A DNA stretch of 64,000 nt from IMG/VR virus record IMGVR_UViG_3300045974_000588. The stretch is one strand, 5' to 3'. The stretch is from an uncultured virus (IMG/VR IMGVR_UViG_3300045974_000588). Its lineage: Duplodnaviria > Heunggongvirae > Uroviricota > Caudoviricetes. This document shows, piece by piece, positions 55,723 to 64,000 of this stretch. The translations under genes were made by a program, and so were the position numbers. Below the pieces are notes generated by a model. It had not been told where the DNA came from and made no database searches. It worked only from the letters and a program-made list of their open reading frames with translations. Position 1 is the stretch's first letter. Each line of letters begins with the position of its first letter.

Positions 55723-56162
55723 TGGCCATATCTCCTGAAGAGCTTAAACGAATGAGAGCCTGCTCACCACTACTTCCTCCTCCTGGAGACGATGTAGTGG
55801 TGAAACTCTTAGATGAAATCGAGAGACTTAATAAAATCGTAGACGAAAAACCCAAAGAAGGCTTCTCTAGGATAGCAACTTAGTCAGACTCTAGTTATGG
55901 GTTAGACTTGTTGTGGGGAGGGCCAATGGGATCTGTTCGTGATAAGTTAAAAGGCGAACTTGGTTGGCTGGGCAAGAAAGCCCGTAGTCGCATGTTAAGA
56001 ATTCTAAAAGGTCTGATTAATCGTCAAGAACGGCGTAGAGCTAAACAGAATCCGGAGTGTCAGCTCACGTATCGCCGTAAAATTGGTTACGCAGATTAAC
56101 TATCGCACCGTGAATCCCTACAATTTTCAGTAATTTGTTAAAATTAGGTAGTGGAGTGAAAG

Positions 56163-57854
56163 ATGCGAAATCTAAGTATTGCAGGTTTAGAAACTGAAGC
56201 ATCGATTCGGAACCGAAATTTCGTCAAAGACGCGTATTTCGGATCGGGCCCCGGTGGAGCTTGGCAGCTCAATGGGGGCGTAGTACCTGTAGGAGTGGTA
56301 CAGCTACTTAATACTGATGCCACACTCTATACTTCATCATTCCCCTATTCTCTTACTCTACCGTTGCTTGCAGCTGGAGGGAAACCTCCCTACTCGTGGT
56401 CAATCTTACCTTATACACCACTAGCAGGAAAAACAGTTGTTCCTTCTGGTAGTATTAGTGGTAATACTCTTTTTGGAACTTATTCAGCAGCAGCCAGTTC
56501 TCAGGTAATGGTTCAAGTTACGGATTCTTTGGGAAATACAGCTTCTAAAGTTTTAAATGTAAACTTGCTGTATACAGCTACAACACCCCCGCCCACTACA
56601 GCAACAACTACGCCTCTTCCTACAACTACTGCTACTTATTCTACAACGACACTAGCTACGACGACAACACCAGCTACTACAACTGTTACCACTCAAACAA
56701 ATACCACACCAACTGTTACCACTCAAACAAATACCACACCAACGGTAACTACTGCTCAAACAAATACCACTCCTTCACCAACAACGACAACTACAACCAC
56801 GTTAACTACCACGCCTCCACCAACCACACAGGCTCAGACGGTAGAAATCTTAACACCTACGCTAAATCAATCGTTTGCACCATATAGTGGAATTCAAGTA
56901 GATACTCACGTTGCTGGAGTAGGTACGAATAATGTTCAAGTAACGATTTCTGGTTCAGGGGGAACCACTCCTGCTCAGTTAGTTTCAGGAACAGTTTACG
57001 ATGGTGTTTGGAGAACTAGTGTTGGAAGTGGAGTTTCAGGAACTAATTTAATTCATGTTGTAGCTTACGATACTTATAGTAATGTTTTAGGTCAAGCTTC
57101 AGTAAACGTAAACATTCTGGCGGCTACAAATACAACACCGTCACCAACCACTACACTAACAACAACCACACTAACAACCACTACAACACCACCGCCGTCA
57201 GTTACTGCCTTCTCTACCTACTGGAATGCTGCTACAAGTAGCATAGATGTATTTGTCACTGCCACAGCTCAAATGAGAATCAACGTACAGCTAGTAATGC
57301 AGAGTGGTAGAGAAGACGGATTTAATGCACTCACGGGCGGATCACCTTTCGGATCATTTGTAATTAGCGAAAGAAATGAACAAGCAAACGTCCTCTTATA
57401 CGATCAGTTCAATAACTACCTCGGCTACCAGATGTTTGTGGACATACCTGGGAATCCTACTACGACAGCAACAGCAACTACACCTCCCCCAACAACCACA
57501 GTAACGACTACAGTAACTACAACACCTCCTCCAACAACCACTGCGGCTCCCGTAAATTATACGCTTACCGTAACGGGAAACATGGCTGCAGTCGGCCTTG
57601 GTGGAACTCCAGAAATTGGTACTTATGTATATCCCGCAGGAACAGTAGTAGATTACTCTTATTCAGCTTCAGGAATATTTGATGAAGTAGCAGCCAGTAT
57701 AGATGGCAATGTTGATCAACAGGGTGTAGATGTGATGGGAACAGTTACAATGGATGGAAACCACACTCTTAACGCTCGGGGCGTTAAAACAGGTCATCCT
57801 ACAGCTCAAACATTGTTTGCTCCCAATCCTTTCCCAGCTACGAGTATAGGCTAA
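56163..57854 (+). CDS. Ig-like domain protein with Thr/Pro-rich linkers, probable virion surface protein
   Basis: AGGKPPYSWS...VTDSLG Ig-like module; three poly-Thr tracts; C-terminal VTMDGNHTLNA repeat-like domain. Confidence 0.7.
   Translation: MRNLSIAGLETEASIRNRNFVKDAYFGSGPGGAWQLNGGVVPVGVVQLLNTDATLYTSSFPYSLTLPLLAAGGKPPYSWSILPYTPLAGKTVVPSGSISGNTLFGTYSAAASSQVMVQVTDSLGNTASKVLNVNLLYTATTPPPTTATTTPLPTTTATYSTTTLATTTTPATTTVTTQTNTTPTVTTQTNTTPTVTTAQTNTTPSPTTTTTTTLTTTPPPTTQAQTVEILTPTLNQSFAPYSGIQVDTHVAGVGTNNVQVTISGSGGTTPAQLVSGTVYDGVWRTSVGSGVSGTNLIHVVAYDTYSNVLGQASVNVNILAATNTTPSPTTTLTTTTLTTTTTPPPSVTAFSTYWNAATSSIDVFVTATAQMRINVQLVMQSGREDGFNALTGGSPFGSFVISERNEQANVLLYDQFNNYLGYQMFVDIPGNPTTTATATTPPPTTTVTTTVTTTPPPTTTAAPVNYTLTVTGNMAAVGLGGTPEIGTYVYPAGTVVDYSYSASGIFDEVAASIDGNVDQQGVDVMGTVTMDGNHTLNARGVKTGHPTAQTLFAPNPFPATSIG
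56681..56740 (+). repeat. perfect 30-bp tandem duplication (TVTTQTNTTP x2)
   Basis: AACTGTTACCACTCAAACAAATACCACACC twice in tandem. Confidence 0.9.
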
Positions 57855-57857
57855 CAG

Positions 57858-58364
57858 ATGGAAGCTAGAATTAAGTTTAGTCCAGTAAGTGTTAGTTGGT
57901 CGAATCCAAGCTCTGGAGATACTCTGGATTTTGCAAAAGATGGGAATCCTACGCTTATCGCAATGAAAGATGTAAAGCCTGGAGATAAAATAAGATTTAC
58001 CACGCTTGGTCAAACAAATGGTGAATTTAGAGGAATTATTCGGTATCTGGGCAAGTTTAAACCCTTACAAGCCTCACAACCTCTGAGCATTTTAACAGTA
58101 GATTCCGCATACTTGGGAGTCAGATATCCTTACCAAGTCGCTGTTGGCTTACAGGGTTCTGGAGGAGTAGTTCCTTACACTTGGTCAATTGAACCTTGGA
58201 CTCCTGAGCTAGGAAAGCGCCCTCTTACAAATCCTCAGATTGTAGGAGACAGTTTAATTGGCGAGTTAACTAGCGCTACAATTAATCAAGTACGAATTAA
58301 GATGACTGATGCTTTTGGATTCTACGTTGAAAAGATAATCAATCTTAACTCGACTTCGGCTTAG
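57858..58364 (+). CDS. Ig-like domain protein, paralogous to the N-terminal domain of 56163..57854
   Basis: GSGGVVPYTWSIEPWTPELGK versus AAGGKPPYSWSILPYTPLAGK. Confidence 0.7.
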   Translation: MEARIKFSPVSVSWSNPSSGDTLDFAKDGNPTLIAMKDVKPGDKIRFTTLGQTNGEFRGIIRYLGKFKPLQASQPLSILTVDSAYLGVRYPYQVAVGLQGSGGVVPYTWSIEPWTPELGKRPLTNPQIVGDSLIGELTSATINQVRIKMTDAFGFYVEKIINLNSTSA

Positions 58365-58734
58365 TGAGCTCTGCTGCTAACTTGCCATCAAGGATTGTGA
58401 AATCTTTCAATAGCATCGTTTGAAGTGTATCATTCCAAAGTACTTGGAATCGCTTTAGTTCGAACTCAAGCTGGTTCTTTTGAGCGTCTAGATCTAGTAT
58501 GTAACGACTATGCTCAAGAACATGCTTTGGATCTAAAATCCCATTTTCACGCATTATAGATTCTTCAAGATTAGCGTGAGCTCTAAGCATTTTTAGAATT
58601 AGATCCATGTATCGGATAATGCTGCGATCTTCAGATCGGTTGTTAACTAGCTTAGTAGTTTCCTCAAATAACGATAAAATCTCTCTATGGTCTCTGTCAA
58701 TCTCGTCTATTCCGAGGGGATCGTAATCTATCAC
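58345..58734 (-). CDS. hemerythrin-like protein
   Basis: GIDEIDRDHREIL, HANLEESIM, HVLEH; the final His ligand is not evident. Confidence 0.75.
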   Translation of the reverse strand: MIDYDPLGIDEIDRDHREILSLFEETTKLVNNRSEDRSIIRYMDLILKMLRAHANLEESIMRENGILDPKHVLEHSRYILDLDAQKNQLEFELKRFQVLWNDTLQTMLLKDFTILDGKLAAELTKPKSS

Positions 58735-58745
58735 CGTATCTCCCT

Positions 58746-58777
58746 AAAAAGAACCCTCCCAGGCAACTGGGAGGGTT
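58746..58777 (-). terminator. intrinsic terminator after the second tail fibre gene
   Basis: AACCCTCCCAG/CTGGGAGGGTT stem with a following T tract on the minus strand. Confidence 0.8.
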
Positions 58778-58804
58778 TTCTAACCAGCAGAAACTAAGCT
58801 AGGA

Positions 58805-60391
58805 TTAGATAGCCATCCAAGCTGTACCACTGTAAACCAATGTCCAGGCCTGCCACTGAGCGGTAAGCGTGATGCTTGCTACGCCGTCAATGTTCTTGCC
58901 ATTTCCACTAACTGTAACTGCATTGGCCGTGGAATCCACTTTCTTGAATGTGAAGCTCTGACCAGTAACAGGAGCTGCGGGAAGGGTGAACGCGAAGGGT
59001 GCTGTGGTAGCATCGCCCAAGAGTACGTTGTCTGTTCCCAAGACACTGTAGGCGCCGGTCTTGGTGGAAATTGCAACGATATCCTGAGCAGTCTGAGCCA
59101 TCACGAAGGCTGTGGTCGCAACCTGAGTGGTGTTCGTGTTCACCGCTGCTGTAGGAGCAGTGGGAGTGCCGGTCAAGGCAGGTGACGCGAGGGGAGCTGC
59201 ACCACTTACATCTGCTACTGCCAGAGCCAACAGAGTCTTGACCTGAGCCACTGTGAGGTCTGCTGCGTTTGCAGCTGAACCTGTGTTATTGCCCTTGATG
59301 GTGTTTGCTGCCATCTGAGCCAACACCGCGTTTGTCACGGAGTTGTTAACGTAGGCGGCTGTCAGGGTCGTTGTACCGCTACCGGAAAGGACGCCAGCCA
59401 ACGTAATAGTTTGGTTAGCGGTCAGGTAAGCCTGAGCCTTAACGAAAGCTGTGGTTGCAACTGAAGTGCTGTTATCTGCTGTTGCAACGGTAGGAGCAGT
59501 AGGAGTTCCTGTCAGAGCAGGAGAAGCCAAAGGAGCTGCTCCACTTACATCTGCCACTGCCAAGGTAACTGCGCCAATGCGACCAGCAACTGAAACCACA
59601 TCTGAAGCGCCACCCTGTACCTGATCCCAGGTCGTGCCATCGAACACGATCAAGTCGCCAACGGTCCAATTTGCGTTACCGTCGATTGAAGTCGTGCCCG
59701 CTGCTGATACCTTGTAGTAGTAACCCTTGGTTCCTGTACCGGCTACCAAAGTTGGGGTGTTTGTTGAAGCGTTCCAAGTGCCCTGATACTGAAGGGCGCC
59801 AACGATTGCTGCAGGCAGCTGACTGTTGGGAACCTTGCCACCTGAATCCAAGGTCGCAACGCCATTTGCTGCGCCAAGGGCTGAAGTATTAACTGCGTCT
59901 GTGATGCCGTAGCCAGCGAGGGTTGTGGGCTTGCCAGTCACGCTGCTGAATGCAGGCGTAATGGTTACCGCTGATCCTGTTGCCGTAATACGACCTTTTG
60001 CGTCCACTGTGAAAGGAGTCACTGTGGTGGCGGCGTTGTTGTAAGTACCGGCGGTAACACCACTTGCGGCCAAGGTCACAGCGATTGTCGTACCACCTGA
60101 ACCAGTCGCATCACCCGACAGGGTCACGGTCTGGTTGGCGGTCAGGTAAGCTGTTGTGCTAGCAGCGGTAACACGACCCTTTCCATCAACTGTGAAAGTG
60201 TTGTAGCCAGAACCAGCAGTTACTGCTGTGTTGGCCAACACCATCGCGCCCTGGGTACCAGAAACATCACCCGCAAAGGTCTGAGCCTTTACGAACGCTG
60301 TTGTCGCAAGTGTTGTTGAGTTGTCCGCCGTGGCTGGGGTCGGCGCTGTCGGTACGCCAGTAAAGCCAGGACTATTTAAAAGATGGGACAT
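58805..60391 (-). CDS. tail fibre protein
   Basis: APLASPALTGTPTAPT, VDAKGRITA, KPTTLAGYGITDA, YQGTWNASTNTP, VVSVAGRIGAVTL fibre motifs. Confidence 0.88.
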   Translation of the reverse strand: MSHLLNSPGFTGVPTAPTPATADNSTTLATTAFVKAQTFAGDVSGTQGAMVLANTAVTAGSGYNTFTVDGKGRVTAASTTAYLTANQTVTLSGDATGSGGTTIAVTLAASGVTAGTYNNAATTVTPFTVDAKGRITATGSAVTITPAFSSVTGKPTTLAGYGITDAVNTSALGAANGVATLDSGGKVPNSQLPAAIVGALQYQGTWNASTNTPTLVAGTGTKGYYYKVSAAGTTSIDGNANWTVGDLIVFDGTTWDQVQGGASDVVSVAGRIGAVTLAVADVSGAAPLASPALTGTPTAPTVATADNSTSVATTAFVKAQAYLTANQTITLAGVLSGSGTTTLTAAYVNNSVTNAVLAQMAANTIKGNNTGSAANAADLTVAQVKTLLALAVADVSGAAPLASPALTGTPTAPTAAVNTNTTQVATTAFVMAQTAQDIVAISTKTGAYSVLGTDNVLLGDATTAPFAFTLPAAPVTGQSFTFKKVDSTANAVTVSGNGKNIDGVASITLTAQWQAWTLVYSGTAWMAI

Positions 60392-60410
60392 TTAGCTCCT
60401 CCTCAGGAAG

Positions 60411-61139
60411 TTAGAAGATGTACCAGTTGTTTGCAGTGAAAATTAAACTGACCGCGTTTGGTGCAGCTAATTCGTATTGAGAACCCATTTCTACAGTGTT
60501 TGTTCCAGCAGGCTTGATTAGCACTAGGCCCGGGCCCATGTTTCGGATTCTATAAACGACGTTTTCCTCACCAACAGGCATATGAATGTCAGCAGGATTT
60601 GGAGAATTTACGATTACAACACTTTGGTTGCCAGTTAAGACCGTAGTGGAGTTTACCACTTCTACTTGTTGCCTTGTGCCTCCTGTAATGAAAATGCTTG
60701 GTGCTACAATTGTTCCAGTGAAAATTGGATTAGCCGTATCAGCTGGTACAAAACCCAGTGCAGATACGATATCAACTGATTCAATTGTAGCACTGTTGAT
60801 TGCTATGATGCTCCAGCCATCAACTTTGTTACACTTTAAGCAAACAGCTTCATAAGGCTTGTCAAGAAGAAGCTCAGTTTTACCTGCGATCTTATCAGTT
60901 CCGTGGGGTCGAACTGTCACTGTAACACTAGAAGAAAATAGGCCATGATCGTCTACTAACCACACGATTTCATCGCCATCCGTAACTACTGAAGCTGCTG
61001 GCAAATTAGCGTAACGGTTGCTAGTAGCAGATTCCCAAACTACCAGAACATCCTGAGAACGGACATTGTAATCTGTGTCATTTACAGAAGTTCTGTTAAG
61101 TTGAAGTCCAAAAACCTCGGTAGGGCTAAGAATCTTCAT
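60411..61139 (-). CDS. tail-fibre-associated structural protein
   Basis: Two copies of a beta module (NLPAAS...DGWSII; HMPVGE...NNWYIF) similar to the C-terminus of the adjacent fibre. Confidence 0.6.
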   Translation of the reverse strand: MKILSPTEVFGLQLNRTSVNDTDYNVRSQDVLVVWESATSNRYANLPAASVVTDGDEIVWLVDDHGLFSSSVTVTVRPHGTDKIAGKTELLLDKPYEAVCLKCNKVDGWSIIAINSATIESVDIVSALGFVPADTANPIFTGTIVAPSIFITGGTRQQVEVVNSTTVLTGNQSVVIVNSPNPADIHMPVGEENVVYRIRNMGPGLVLIKPAGTNTVEMGSQYELAAPNAVSLIFTANNWYIF

Positions 61140-61173
61140 AGGGCTCCATCCACATCTAATTGTATATGGAAAA

Positions 61174-61197
61174 ATCCCACACTAATCAGTGTGGGAT
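61174..61197 (-). terminator. intrinsic terminator
   Basis: ATCCCACACT/AGTGTGGGAT stem with a T tract on the minus strand. Confidence 0.75.
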
Positions 61198-61215
61198 CTT
61201 CAAAATCGGATGGAT

Positions 61216-61743
61216 TTAGGCGTTAATGTGTCGAAGCCCTGCTAAGAATTGAATATTTTTCTGCTGAGCTGAAAAGTTGTAAGAAGCTTGCTGTAGATTA
61301 TCATGAACAATCTGGAGTTTCTTAGCAGCCAACGTAGCTCGCTCTCTCAAATCTACAATTTCCGGGAAGAGTCTGTCGATGTGTGCCACTCTCTGTTCAT
61401 TAGATCGCATGCTCTCAATTACTGGTTGAGTCATGCAGATACTGTAAGCTAAAGTCCAGTGGCGCTTGATATGATACTCATAAGTTTTCAAGATGGAATC
61501 GTATCTAGCGCAATCATCTCTTTTCTGTTGAATCTGGCCTAGCCAAGCGTTGCCTTCTTTTATCGAGAATTCATTCAAATCCAGCGTAGGAAGAGAAAGA
61601 CCCGCAAGCAGATTTACAACACCCTGCTCAATTACTGGGAGCTGTTCTTTTATCTGCTTGATAGTGGGATCTTCGTTGTAGATCGTTTTCAACGAAACGA
61701 TGTCTTCATTAGCAGCAAGGAGATTAAGAGCTTCTTGTGACAT
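61216..61743 (-). CDS. coiled-coil hypothetical protein
   Basis: 175-aa helical ORF, TAATG-coupled. Confidence 0.65.
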   Translation of the reverse strand: MSQEALNLLAANEDIVSLKTIYNEDPTIKQIKEQLPVIEQGVVNLLAGLSLPTLDLNEFSIKEGNAWLGQIQQKRDDCARYDSILKTYEYHIKRHWTLAYSICMTQPVIESMRSNEQRVAHIDRLFPEIVDLRERATLAAKKLQIVHDNLQQASYNFSAQQKNIQFLAGLRHINA

Positions 61744-62384
61744 TATTTCTCGGGGTCAAAGTTCTCAGGTTTGTAAGTGATTGAAGCCGAAACTCTTGGC
61801 TGGTCATCATCCAGTGCCAATCCAACTAACCAGTGCACATTGGATACACCAACATCACTGAGCATATCAAAAGATACTTCAGAAACCACCACTTGCTCGT
61901 CAGTTGTAGTTTTTACTGAATCAACGTAAGAAGTGTTGAAACACCTGAAATACTGAACTGTCCAGTCTGATCCACGCATTTTGGCAAATTGTTGCCAGTC
62001 ACTAGGTTTGGTTTTGACCCCAGTTTCTTCTTCGAATTCTCGAATCATAGCCTGAATGGCTGTCTCTTTTTCAATTTTACCACCAACGCCATTGAGGCAC
62101 CCTTTCTGCCAATCTGGTCGCTCTTTCTTAATCATCACCACTCTCTGATTATCTTCAGAGAAGCAAAAACCCACAACCATTCGCTTCATTGGCTTCCTCT
62201 TCTGTTTAGTTTCTTTGATCGGCTGTAGAGCTGGAGATGGAACGTAAACAACCTTTTCAACTACACTAAGCTGCTGAGGAGACTTAGTGTTTGTTTTACC
62301 AGTCAAACTAGTAAAAACCGCTACTAAACTTAAAATAATAGCGATGGATGGAAGGGTGTTTTTGCCGAAGCGATATACTCTCAT
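61743..62384 (-). CDS. Nudix hydrolase with N-terminal hydrophobic extension
   Basis: GGKIEKETAIQAMIREFEEETGV Nudix box. Confidence 0.9.
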   Translation of the reverse strand: MRVYRFGKNTLPSIAIILSLVAVFTSLTGKTNTKSPQQLSVVEKVVYVPSPALQPIKETKQKRKPMKRMVVGFCFSEDNQRVVMIKKERPDWQKGCLNGVGGKIEKETAIQAMIREFEEETGVKTKPSDWQQFAKMRGSDWTVQYFRCFNTSYVDSVKTTTDEQVVVSEVSFDMLSDVGVSNVHWLVGLALDDDQPRVSASITYKPENFDPEK

Positions 62385-62425
62385 ACATGAATAACCGGTA
62401 GTAGGTTAGTTTCTAGGGGTAAATC

Positions 62426-63238
62426 ATGCGAAAATCAGTACTTTTTCTACTCTTAGCATTTCCGCTTTTTGCCCAAGAACCGCCTGTGGTAGGTAGCATG
62501 GCATCTCCAGGAAACTGGAGTGACGCTCCAGTAACTGCCACGGTAGACATCAATCGAGTTTACACAACGATTAATAATGCACCTAACGCTGATGGGGCTT
62601 TTCAAGCGCAGTACACTTCCACAGTGTTCAACCTTTTCCTATATCAACGAGAGATTCAAGTTAAAGGCCTTCCCACATTTCCTAAGTGGTTTACAAATGT
62701 GCAAGTTGGTTTTGAAACAATGCCTCAGACTGGCGGAACTACAAGTACTCCTACAACCGTCTTACCTAGTGGCTTTGATCCCAAAGGCATAACTACTGCT
62801 ACAAGAATCTATGGAACAGTTACTTTTGGCTTGGCTACGAATGTTGAGAAAGTAAACCACTCAATTAGAGATACTGGTCCATTCTTAGATCTTCGCCTGT
62901 TCGATTATATCAAGAATGACAACGTCAAAGGAAATGATAGGAGCGGATCTTACCGTCTTGGCTGGGCTTGGATTGTACCGGTAGACGAAGGAAAGAAGAA
63001 TGTAATTGAGATGGAGTTGGCTGGAGCCCACGATAAGTTCTTTGTAGAAGAGCCAAACCGCTTCCAAGGCAGAATCCGCTACAATCTATATCCTGCAGGA
63101 AGTGAAGCAAACTCGATTTTCTTAGAATTCTCTTACAATCGTTCAATGCATAGTAATGGGCCTCTAGAGTTGAAGTATCTAGCAGGCATTCGTTTGAATG
63201 TTCAGAAAGTGGTAACAGGCCTGTTGGGTATAGATTAG
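62426..63238 (+). CDS. secreted or outer-membrane beta-rich protein
   Basis: Sec signal MRKSVLFLLLAFPLFA; alternating beta strands (FQGRIRYNLY, IFLEFSYN, YLAGIRLNV). Confidence 0.6.
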   Translation: MRKSVLFLLLAFPLFAQEPPVVGSMASPGNWSDAPVTATVDINRVYTTINNAPNADGAFQAQYTSTVFNLFLYQREIQVKGLPTFPKWFTNVQVGFETMPQTGGTTSTPTTVLPSGFDPKGITTATRIYGTVTFGLATNVEKVNHSIRDTGPFLDLRLFDYIKNDNVKGNDRSGSYRLGWAWIVPVDEGKKNVIEMELAGAHDKFFVEEPNRFQGRIRYNLYPAGSEANSIFLEFSYNRSMHSNGPLELKYLAGIRLNVQKVVTGLLGID

Positions 63239-63283
63239 TGATTTCGGAAATTTCATTTTACAATCAGTATGTAGAGGGACACC

Positions 63284-63673
63284 ATGGAACTCAAAATCCA
63301 CGTTAGACTTGCAGCTCATACCGTTCCTGATATCATCAAAGATTTCAAGGGCCAATTCGGGGCTGACATCTCAGAAGAATCTGTAAAGGTTGACCTGCTC
63401 CAGAAGGACTACCGTTACAAAGACATCCACGTGAAGGGTCCAATTTCAATGAGGATCTACACGTTCTATTTTGGCTCTGATACTGATTTCGTCACTATTC
63501 TTCACTTGAAAGGCAAGAATCGTCTATTCTATTATAGCTCCGTGTGGGGCATTTCAGACGAAAAAGAAGAAGCAATTTCGAAGTGGATGGCTGGCAAAGG
63601 CGTTGCATCATCTGCTAATTTCAAAGTTCAGTCCGGCAAAGACAGCTTTGAAGCTCAGATCTGGAAAGTATAG
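63284..63673 (+). CDS. protein with MELKIHVRLAA leader
   Basis: TACAAT -10 and GAGGG RBS. Confidence 0.65.
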   Translation: MELKIHVRLAAHTVPDIIKDFKGQFGADISEESVKVDLLQKDYRYKDIHVKGPISMRIYTFYFGSDTDFVTILHLKGKNRLFYYSSVWGISDEKEEAISKWMAGKGVASSANFKVQSGKDSFEAQIWKV

Positions 63674-63679
63674 GACTCA

Positions 63680-64000
63680 GTGAAGCTAGTCTCCACGCTT
63701 TTCCTCACATGCACGCTTTCGTGGGGTGGAGATTTTGATTCAGTTATTCACACACTGAAAAAGACTTGGCCAGATAGAAACTCTATTGGCGTAGTTTGTG
63801 ATTCTAGCGCGTCCAAAGCAAAAATAGATCAGCTAGCGGCTAGCTGTAGTGGATATAGAATTATTGTAATCGATGTTAAAGCTCCACAAGATGTTGGAAA
63901 AGCTATTCCACAGCTAATTTCGAAAGTTGGCGTTCTTCTTTTGATGCCTGGAGACAGAGTTGCTGGAGATGGTCAAACGGGCGCAGCGTTCTTGATTCAA
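63680..64000 (+). CDS. signal-peptide protein, substrate-binding-protein-like, runs off the window end
   Basis: Own translation from GTG: MKLVSTLFLTCTLSWGGDFDSVIHTLKKTWPDRNSIGVVCDSSASK... Confidence 0.55.
   Translation, partial: MKLVSTLFLTCTLSWGGDFDSVIHTLKKTWPDRNSIGVVCDSSASKAKIDQLAASCSGYRIIVIDVKAPQDVGKAIPQLISKVGVLLLMPGDRVAGDGQTGAAFLIQ

Noticed and set aside
56570..57560. ACA/ACT-rich tracts as non-coding satellite or telomere-like repeats
   Set aside because: They are in-frame Thr codons within a 563-aa ORF
1..64000. Alternative genetic code (stop-codon reassignment)
   Set aside because: Conserved genes are full length in code 11, and TAA, TAG and TGA all end genes at sensible positions
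1..64000. tRNA, rRNA, intron or intein
   Set aside because: No cloverleaf with T-loop and CCA, rRNA-like tract or splicing motif recognised by eye; tRNAscan and Infernal were not run

Overview
This 64-kb window is best read as part of a large (jumbo-type) myovirus genome. It is gene-dense and uses the standard code; I saw no tRNA, rRNA, CRISPR array, integrase or transposase. It contains scattered virion genes (probable tail sheath and tube, two related tail fibres, a fibre chaperone, Ig-like/Thr-rich proteins). Replication and repair genes include DnaB, a 5'-3' exonuclease, a probable sliding clamp, RdgC, an SF2 helicase, an XPD/DinG-type helicase and a broken UvrD-like gene. A folE plus TGT-fold (DpdA-like) pair points to 7-deazaguanine modification. 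There are degenerate host-type signalling domains (GGDEF, hemerythrin) and long minus-strand blocks of small accessory genes. Three patterns go beyond the gene list. (1) Ten copies of a minus-strand promoter, TTGATA-N16-TAnnnT. (2) A recurrent design in which the -10 box sits in or at the loop of a hairpin whose 5' arm pairs with the downstream ribosome-binding region, which would silence read-through transcripts. (3) A shared N-terminal leader, M-K-[LIF]-[RK]-[IV]-x-A, on about ten otherwise unrelated small proteins, a candidate capsid-targeting or processing signal. Product calls come from recognising motifs by eye; no database searches were run.
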